Positions 26,782 to 32,052 of a stretch of 32,052 bases of DNA are shown here, piece by piece. The position numbers and the translations under genes are program-made. Source of the DNA: a virus. Taxonomy: Duplodnaviria > Caudoviricetes. The notes under the pieces are model-generated. The model had not been told where the DNA came from, ran no database searches, and saw nothing but the letters and a program-made list of their open reading frames with translations. Positions within the stretch are counted from its first letter, which is position 1, and each line of letters starts with the position of its first letter. The stretch covers positions 1-32,052 of the IMG/VR virus record IMGVR_UViG_3300011339_000208; one strand, 5' to 3'.

Positions 26782-27432
26782 CTACTTTTTTACAAAATGA
26801 AAGCATCCACAAGCATAGGGTAGATCTAGCTCTGTAACTTCGGTAACTACAGGGCTTCTCCCATCATTAGGAATAAGAAAAAACTCGCAATCATAATCGC
26901 TAAACAAATTACGAATATAGACAGGGCTATAAATACGGTGTGCATTGAACGCAACAAGTGGCCTTCCAACTGGTACAACAAAAAGTAAATTTTTGTTTGC
27001 CATCTTTTTAAGATTCGCAATTGCTTTGAGATCGCCTTCGTTGTCCAGATCATCTCCGTACCTTCCTAGTCCTATATGTTCTACAACATGACAGCAAGAA
27101 ATAGATTCTGCTGGCGCTAATGGAAACGCAGTTAAATCATACTGAGCTACTAACAAATTTGGCACTACCAGCTTTGGCGCTCTAAAATCATAGAATGTTG
27201 TAGGAACTAGAGCTGCTGCACAAGTAGATAAATGTAGGCTAGACCCAATATCTATATGGCTTCTAGGGTTAATTTCTTTTATTTTTCTTAGCGCCCAGGC
27301 TACATGGTAAATGTAATGTTCATCAAATCCATGACCAGCATTGTCATTCAAACAAGGAAATGCAGATAGTTCAAATCTATTTTCATGTTGCATGAATTTA
27401 GTAGCTTGATCTATGTATTCTTGTTCAGTCAT
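26782..27432 (-). CDS. DUF268-like SAM-dependent methyltransferase
   Basis: FD.HYIYH.AWA, HIDIGS, SISCCHVVEHIGLGRYGD.LD..GDLKAI and VVPVG...FNAHRIY. Confidence 0.8.
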   Translation of the reverse strand: MTEQEYIDQATKFMQHENRFELSAFPCLNDNAGHGFDEHYIYHVAWALRKIKEINPRSHIDIGSSLHLSTCAAALVPTTFYDFRAPKLVVPNLLVAQYDLTAFPLAPAESISCCHVVEHIGLGRYGDDLDNEGDLKAIANLKKMANKNLLFVVPVGRPLVAFNAHRIYSPVYIRNLFSDYDCEFFLIPNDGRSPVVTEVTELDLPYACGCFHFVKK

Positions 27433-27439
27433 TTTCTTG

Positions 27440-27504
27440 AAATTTCATGAAATTTTTAACTTATAGGTATTAATTAAAAATCTATTTAATACTTATAGGT
27501 ATTA
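27440..27504. repeat. AT-rich tract with a 16-bp palindrome and two 14-bp direct repeats
   Basis: AAATTTCATGAAATTT at 27440-27455; ACTTATAGGTATTA at 27459-27472 and 27491-27504. Confidence 0.85.
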
Positions 27505-27519
27505 GTCTTTAGAAGGTTA

Positions 27520-27712
27520 CTGCTCTTTCGGTGAACGAACCTAGCCTACCTAGATTCGCCTTCATCTGCTCCATCGGAGTTACAGAACCCGTCAGTCGTT
27601 CAAGGAATAGGCACTAACCTCGCCACCTATATTGCGCTGTTTCATCCTTTACCCCCAGTAGCGCTGTAATCGTAAGTCGCTGGTATGTCGTTAGAGCCTC
27701 CAACTTACGAAC
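27520..27712 (-). ncRNA. Candidate structured non-coding RNA, family not recognised
   Basis: No ORF in the track, GC-richer than its flanks, and six hand-found stems. Several plus-strand C/A mismatches become G-U wobbles on the minus strand (see findings). Confidence 0.55.
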
Positions 27713-27724
27713 TTATACTATAAA

Positions 27725-28036
27725 CTAAAATTCAAACTCTTTGTAGTCGTATCTACCATTTTCTTTTTTAAACCATCCAATAACAATAATTCGCCATCCA
27801 GACCTTACGATTTCGGTGAAATACTCTGAATCGGTTATTTTCTTTATTCGGCTGGACATATTGCTTTTGGATGTTAGCTGTATAGCAACTGTTTCTCCGT
27901 TTCCAATAGCCAATATGTCGAAAATGCCAAATAAATCTTTTTTGCGCTTGGTGAAAGCGTTGTAGCTTTCTACTATGTCGCATTTATAGCCTTTAGACTC
28001 ATATAAAGCGATTGTGCGCTGATTTTGGCTAGCCAA
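27725..28036 (-). CDS. PD-(D/E)xK nuclease, Holliday-junction resolvase-like
   Basis: 103 aa with ESKGY and DLFGIFDILAI...VAIQLTS. Confidence 0.7.
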   Translation of the reverse strand: MASQNQRTIALYESKGYKCDIVESYNAFTKRKKDLFGIFDILAIGNGETVAIQLTSKSNMSSRIKKITDSEYFTEIVRSGWRIIVIGWFKKENGRYDYKEFEF

Positions 28037-28214
28037 GGTGTTCTGCCGTCAATCTGCCTTCAGAAGCCTCTATGATCGCTGTATGCCATTTCTTAGGGAT
28101 TCCGTTACGCATCTTCCAGGCATAGGCCGTAACATACTTAACGCCAATCTTATCGCATAGGTTTTTGATTGAGCCAAATTCTGCCATTAGGTTGTCAAAT
28201 GCTGTTTTTTCCAT
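28029..28214 (-). CDS. Cro/YdaS-like HTH regulator
   Basis: 61 aa FGSIKNLCDKIGV...AYAW..NGIP. AGGAG RBS; first gene of the leftward operon. Confidence 0.75.
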   Translation of the reverse strand: MEKTAFDNLMAEFGSIKNLCDKIGVKYVTAYAWKMRNGIPKKWHTAIIEASEGRLTAEHLG

Positions 28215-28376
28215 GATTTCTCCTAGTTGATTGTTTATTCTACATTAGTGCGTAAAAGCAACAGTTGCTAAAAAGCGACAAATAAAAATATTTCTACATT
28301 CTGTTGAAAATCTCTACATTTATGGATTAGTATTTATCTATGCAGTACTTTTATCAACTCGTGAAGGAGTAACAAA
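28215..28376. promoter_or_regulatory. Divergent early control region with operator-like repeats
   Basis: Rightward TTGAAA-18-TAGTAT (28304-28333) and a leftward TAGAAT candidate -10. TCTACATT occurs three times (28239, 28293, 28313). Two tandem imperfect 18-bp palindromes lie at 28246-28280. Confidence 0.65.
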
Positions 28377-28472
28377 ATGAAAGACATTATCTTAGGTGGC
28401 ATATTAGGTTTCTTTATTGCAGCAGTAGTTATCGGTACATACGGATTTCGTATTGGAGTGTATTCATTATGA
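28377..28472 (+). CDS. 31-aa single-TM peptide, first early gene, missed by the ORF track
   Basis: MKDIILGGILGFFIAAVVIGTYGFRIGVYSL. AAGGAG RBS and an ATGA overlap with the next gene. Confidence 0.75.
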   Translation: MKDIILGGILGFFIAAVVIGTYGFRIGVYSL

Positions 28473-28747
28473 ACAACAACTCCTACTATGAAGCACCTTG
28501 GGATGACCAAGAAGATGCAGAGCGCATCGCAGAGGAAGCATACTGGCTGGTCAAGAACGATCCACGCTATGATCCTACAGACCTCTCCAAACTTGGAGAA
28601 GCCATTGGACAAGATTGTAGTGATGTAGAGTTTCAGCAATTTGTACGAGATTGTGTAGAGCAAAAAGATTGGGCAAAACTTGGTCTTAAGTTGTACACAA
28701 AATCGTTTGAGTATTGGGAATCAGCAGCAAAATTTAACCTTGAGTGA
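28469..28747 (+). CDS. Acidic hypothetical protein
   Basis: 92-aa ORF coupled to the upstream gene. Confidence 0.7.
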   Translation: MNNNSYYEAPWDDQEDAERIAEEAYWLVKNDPRYDPTDLSKLGEAIGQDCSDVEFQQFVRDCVEQKDWAKLGLKLYTKSFEYWESAAKFNLE

Positions 28748-28758
28748 AGGAATTAAAA

Positions 28759-29310
28759 ATGACTAGCTATATAGAATTACGCAAGATAGATGTATCGGAC
28801 AAGATAGAGAAGAAGAACAATCTTAGCTACTTGTCCTGGGCGTGGGCTGTAGATACATTGTTGATACATGACCAGAGCGCTACATGGACTTATGGACAGC
28901 CTATTATGTTTGGTGAAACCATGATGGTCTTTTGTACTGTTACTGCGTTTGGCAAGTCTATGACTGCCCAGCTCCCAGTAATGGACTACCGCAATAAGGC
29001 TATACCTAACCCAGATGCGTTTGCAGTCAATACGGCTATGCAGCGTTGCCTGGCTAAAGCAATTGCCTTACATGGTCTAGGATTAAGCCTGTATGTTGGT
29101 GAGGATCTCTGGGATGATGTAGACACAGGAGATGCGTTAGATGCCGATATTTTGGAAATCAAGACGCAAAAAACCCCTGCCGAACTCAAGGTGGCCTTTG
29201 CCAAATTATACAAGAAGTATCAAGGTAAACCAGCTCTATTACCCCCAATAACAAACGCTTACAACTTGATGAAAGATAAATTCAATGAAGTTAGCCCAGG
29301 AGCAGCCTGA
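28759..29310 (+). CDS. Sak3-like (DUF1071) single-strand annealing protein
   Basis: IEKKNNLSYLSWAWA, LPVMDYRNKAI and NTAMQRCLAKAIALHGLGLSLYVGEDL. ATG at 28759 follows an AAGGA RBS. Confidence 0.88.
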   Translation: MTSYIELRKIDVSDKIEKKNNLSYLSWAWAVDTLLIHDQSATWTYGQPIMFGETMMVFCTVTAFGKSMTAQLPVMDYRNKAIPNPDAFAVNTAMQRCLAKAIALHGLGLSLYVGEDLWDDVDTGDALDADILEIKTQKTPAELKVAFAKLYKKYQGKPALLPPITNAYNLMKDKFNEVSPGAA

Positions 29311-29467
29311 TAATGTTTGCTCTGAATGTGGAGCTAAATGGGGGATTCATAGACCTAAAAATCATGAATATCGTATATGGATAGACAAGTGCGATGTTTG
29401 TTTAGATTTGAGAGCCGTAAGCGATGCTTCCGAATTTGGATATTTAAAGGAAGGCTGGGATGCTTGA
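29285..29467 (+). CDS. Small zinc-finger protein
   Basis: 60 aa with CSECG...CDVC. Confidence 0.65.
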   Translation: MKLAQEQPDNVCSECGAKWGIHRPKNHEYRIWIDKCDVCLDLRAVSDASEFGYLKEGWDA

Positions 29468-29612
29468 AAGGAAATGGTGTGTTAGTTGTCAGGTTTCTAG
29501 ACCGATTGAAGGTTTTAAATTGGTAAAGATGAAAAACACAAGTAGATGGAAATGTGCAATTTGTTTAAATCGTAATGCTGAACAAAAATATAAAGGAAAA
29601 AAAAATGACTAA
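29460..29612 (+). CDS. Small CxxC...CxxC zinc-finger protein, missed by the ORF track
   Basis: 50 aa MLERKWCVSCQVSRPIEGFKLVKMKNTSRWKCAICLNRNAEQKYKGKKND. Fills the gap and overlaps both neighbours. Confidence 0.7.
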   Translation: MLERKWCVSCQVSRPIEGFKLVKMKNTSRWKCAICLNRNAEQKYKGKKND

Positions 29613-29811
29613 GAAAGACTACATTTATAGCAAAGCTGGGACTGATATTACTGTACGCTGGAAGAAGTTATATAACTATGTACCAGCAAGTGAGCAAGCA
29701 CAATACATTAAGAAGTGGGCTGATTTTAGAGAGATGTGTGCTAGAACATTAGATGATATAAAACCTACATTTAGCAAAGAAGTGGTTAATTTAAGGTTTA
29801 AACAAAAATGA
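29605..29811 (+). CDS. Hypothetical protein
   Basis: Probable start MTKKDYIYSKAG at 29605 after AAAGGA; the track gives 29575. Confidence 0.65.
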   Translation: MTKKDYIYSKAGTDITVRWKKLYNYVPASEQAQYIKKWADFREMCARTLDDIKPTFSKEVVNLRFKQK

Positions 29812-30011
29812 TAAATAAACATTGCCTAGAGGCATTTAATAGTTTAGATAAGCCTGTCTACCATCCACAAGAATACTTTATGCTAGGATGGAATGCTGCG
29901 ATTGATGCTATGTCTGCTGAGTTTGCTCGTAAGTGGGAACTGAACGAACTTGCAGATAGACCACTAGGACAAGGTTATATTGACCCAAATATGGAAGAAG
30001 ATAAAGAATGA
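29808..30011 (+). CDS. Hypothetical protein
   Basis: 67 aa with GWNAAIDA. ATGA-coupled. Confidence 0.65.
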   Translation: MINKHCLEAFNSLDKPVYHPQEYFMLGWNAAIDAMSAEFARKWELNELADRPLGQGYIDPNMEEDKE

Positions 30012-30172
30012 AAGACTATTCAGAAGTGTATTTAGAAACAATGAAATCTCTTAGAAACTTTTACAACTATGAAGTTAAAGAAGATCATGTGGCAGCAGCC
30101 AAAGCAGCTACAGAAACATCATTATTAGCAGACCAATTAAAGGACATAGCGAATGATCGTGCAAGGGTCTAA
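30008..30172 (+). CDS. 54-aa hypothetical protein, missed by the ORF track
   Basis: [58 protein letters not shown] overlap upstream. Confidence 0.65.
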   Translation: MKDYSEVYLETMKSLRNFYNYEVKEDHVAAAKAATETSLLADQLKDIANDRARV

Positions 30173-30764
30173 TGAATGGCATCTAAGTAGGCTGGGCAAA
30201 GTTACTGCCAGCCGTATAGCAGATGTGCTTTCTAAGGGGAAGTCTGGGGAATCTGCCAGCCGTAAGAACTACAGGACAGAATTGGTAGTTCAGAGGCTTA
30301 CAGGAGTGCCAGGAGAGTCGTTTACTAATGCAGCAATGGAATGGGGTACAGCAACAGAACCACTAGCTAGGATCGCTTATGAATCAGAAATGGGAATATT
30401 CGTTGATGAGGTGGCTTTTATTGACCACCCTAGTATCAGTAATTTTGGTTGTAGTCCTGATGGTTGCATTGCTGACGATGGATTGCTTGAGATAAAGTGT
30501 CCAAATAGCAGTACGCATATAGAGTATTTGACGGATGATAAACCGCCAACAAAGTATATCCCACAAATGCAATGCCAAATGGCAGTAACAGGCCGTCAAT
30601 GGTGCGATTTTGTATCATTTGACCCTAGACTACCAGCAGACTTGCAATTGTTTGTAGTACGCCTTAATCGAGATGTAGAGTATATTAAGGCTATGGAAGC
30701 AGAAGTAGAGAAGTTCTTGAGTGAAGTTGAGGAAATGTTTACAAAATTGAAAGAGAGAAAATAA
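30153..30764 (+). CDS. YqaJ / lambda-exonuclease-family 5'-3' exonuclease
   Basis: QGSNEW...[13 protein letters not shown]...EP.AR, GCSPDG, LEIKCP and YIPQMQCQM. Confidence 0.93.
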   Translation: MIVQGSNEWHLSRLGKVTASRIADVLSKGKSGESASRKNYRTELVVQRLTGVPGESFTNAAMEWGTATEPLARIAYESEMGIFVDEVAFIDHPSISNFGCSPDGCIADDGLLEIKCPNSSTHIEYLTDDKPPTKYIPQMQCQMAVTGRQWCDFVSFDPRLPADLQLFVVRLNRDVEYIKAMEAEVEKFLSEVEEMFTKLKERK

Positions 30765-31021
30765 TGGCTTACGAAATGAAAGAAGGAAACGGATCGCTGT
30801 TCAAGAATTCCAGAAAGGAAAAAGACACGCATCCAGACTATGCTGGCTCAATTATGGTTAATGGAAAAGAGCATTGGCTAAGTGGATGGATTAAAGAAGG
30901 TAAGAATGGGAAGTTTTTTAGTATTGCGATTGGCAAAGAGAAAGAGCGTAGTAACTTTACGCCTAAAGGCAATGATGAGATGCCTAAAAATACCATCGTA
31001 GATGACGATATTCCGTTCTGA
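30764..31021 (+). CDS. Small single-stranded DNA-binding protein
   Basis: GSLFKN..KE...HPDY.G and an acidic SSB-type tail DDDIPF. Adjacent to the recombination genes. Confidence 0.75.
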   Translation: MAYEMKEGNGSLFKNSRKEKDTHPDYAGSIMVNGKEHWLSGWIKEGKNGKFFSIAIGKEKERSNFTPKGNDEMPKNTIVDDDIPF

Positions 31022-31031
31022 GGAGAACAAG

Positions 31032-31169
31032 ATGAAAAAACTATTATTAGCAACAGTAACATTTATGTTATTAAGTGCAACAGCTTATGCCTGTCAAACT
31101 CAGACAATTATTGTCAATGGCAAGATAACTGTATGTACAGTATGTGGAAGCGTTGTTAATTGCTTCTAA
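31032..31169 (+). CDS. 45-aa secreted Cys-rich peptide, missed by the ORF track
   Basis: GAGGAG RBS. Sec signal MKKLLLATVTFMLLSATAYA followed by CQTQTIIVNGKITVCTVCGSVVNCF. Confidence 0.75.
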   Translation: MKKLLLATVTFMLLSATAYACQTQTIIVNGKITVCTVCGSVVNCF

Positions 31170-31191
31170 GCAAACCCCAAGAGATCTGCTG

Positions 31192-31665
31192 ATGTCCTTC
31201 ACAAGGAGCGCCACCCCCTACAGATCAGGTGGCATTACCAAGAAATTTAACCAGCAACTCCACGATCAGTACGATCCACCAGCTAGGAAGGCTGTATCCA
31301 ATTGGATACAAATGAAATGGGGAGCAAACTGTATTCCAAATCCTAATGAGTTTGGAGTAGATCTAATAGTGCAGCGAGAAGGCAAGCCAGTTGGTTATAT
31401 TGAAGTTGAAGTGCGGAGCTGGAATTATTGCCACTATAGCACCATCCATTTAGCGCATAGAAAAGAGAAATTATTTCAGCACGATCTCCCTGTACTATTT
31501 TTTGCACTAACTCAGGACTTAACTCATGCGTATTGGTGTCATGCAAAGGTAGTAAAAGGTTACCCCTTGATAGAAGTTAAGAATTTTGAAGTTCCTACAG
31601 GAGAGATGTTTTTTGACATCCCTGTAGAGAAGTTTAAGTATGTAGATCTTACCGACCAGTTTTAG
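31192..31665 (+). CDS. PD-(D/E)xK-like nuclease / hypothetical protein
   Basis: GVDLIV...GYIEVEVR. Start uncertain (track 31144; ATG at 31192). Confidence 0.55.
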   Translation: MSFTRSATPYRSGGITKKFNQQLHDQYDPPARKAVSNWIQMKWGANCIPNPNEFGVDLIVQREGKPVGYIEVEVRSWNYCHYSTIHLAHRKEKLFQHDLPVLFFALTQDLTHAYWCHAKVVKGYPLIEVKNFEVPTGEMFFDIPVEKFKYVDLTDQF

Positions 31666-32052
31666 ATACTTCTACAATCCATTCCTGTAGAGAAACTAAT
31701 TGTTGCGTAGTACTGGCACAAGCAAGTTCAAGGTTGATGGCTTCTCCATTAGCACCGAGGGAGGAACTGGGTAAGGTGGACAAACCGTTGGTACTGGATT
31801 GCTGGCGCACCCCACCATAATAAGACTTAAGAGCAGATAGCTTATTTTCATAATCAGACCTTATAGATTTACCGATAATATCTTGTTGTTTCTTGGTTGC
31901 TTCATTGATTGCTTCTTGTGCCTTTACTTGTGCCTGTAAATCGGCTTTAAAGGTATCAAAGCGCTGTTTTTCACCTGAGTAGCCCTTGTAGTAGCCAAAC
32001 CCAAACAAAGCGCCTATAAGCACGATTACGCCAATAATTCTGGCAAATGGGG
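31649..32052 (-). CDS. Rz: Rz-like inner-membrane spanin; 5' end lies outside the window
   Basis: The frame stays open to the window end (PFARIIGVIVLIGALFGFGYYKG, a TM segment), then a coiled coil and a C-terminal Cys. Contains an embedded lipoprotein gene. Confidence 0.8.
   Translation of the reverse strand, partial: PFARIIGVIVLIGALFGFGYYKGYSGEKQRFDTFKADLQAQVKAQEAINEATKKQQDIIGKSIRSDYENKLSALKSYYGGVRQQSSTNGLSTLPSSSLGANGEAINLELACASTTQQLVSLQEWIVEVSKTGR
31696..31851 (-). CDS. Rz1: Rz1-like outer-membrane lipoprotein spanin embedded in Rz (+1 frame), missed by the ORF track
   Basis: 51 aa MKISYLLLSLIMVG-CASNPVPTVCPPYPVPPSVLMEKPSTLNLLVPVLRNN: signal peptide, lipobox-like MVGC and a Pro-rich mature part. 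Confidence 0.85.
   Translation of the reverse strand: MKISYLLLSLIMVGCASNPVPTVCPPYPVPPSVLMEKPSTLNLLVPVLRNN

Noticed and set aside
27524-27596. Hammerhead ribozyme suggested by CUGAC...CGAAA on the minus strand
   Set aside because: The core needs CUGAnGA, but the sequence reads CUGACGG, and the stems do not give the three-way junction with a cleavage triplet.
28334-28663. 109-aa minus-strand ORF as a possible CI repressor
   Set aside because: It has no HTH or S24 peptidase motifs and is antisense to two plus-strand genes with a good RBS and coupling.
1-32052. Stop-codon reassignment, or introns/inteins in core genes
   Set aside because: Standard-code ORFs tile the window densely, and TerL, portal and capsid are uninterrupted and of normal length.

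Overview
The window is most of the genome of a tailed dsDNA phage with a P22-like podovirus layout. An Rz gene with an embedded Rz1 spanin indicates a Gram-negative host; a freshwater betaproteobacterial host is only an impression from gene content. A long minus-strand late operon (about 21450 down to 1) runs: small basic and Cys-rich proteins, a GT7 glycosyltransferase, TerS, TerL, portal, scaffold, major capsid, GT11 and GT2 glycosyltransferases, head-tail adaptor, tail hub and repeat proteins, four ejection-type proteins and two tail-fibre/lectin genes. A minus-strand middle operon (28214 to 23537) holds a Cro-like HTH, resolvase, DUF268 methyltransferase, a short replication-type protein, DNA methyltransferase and Ref nuclease. 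It is separated from a Q-like activator by an inverted plus-strand EndoVII/exonuclease/SprT cassette. A plus-strand early operon (28377-31665) encodes a Sak3-like annealase, YqaJ exonuclease, SSB and small proteins. I saw no integrase, CI repressor, polymerase, primase, helicase, tRNA or CRISPR array. The best leads are: (1) three glycosyltransferases of different families in the morphogenesis operon plus a DUF268 methylase, a candidate virion-glycosylation pathway; (2) a roughly 190-nt structured non-coding element next to AT-rich repeats, a candidate ncRNA or RNA-primed origin; (3) a 22-aa motif shared by two adjacent tail proteins; (4) several short ORFs missed by the ORF track, including Rz1, a secreted 4-Cys peptide and two similar Zn fingers. 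All family assignments come from motif recognition by eye; no database searches were run.
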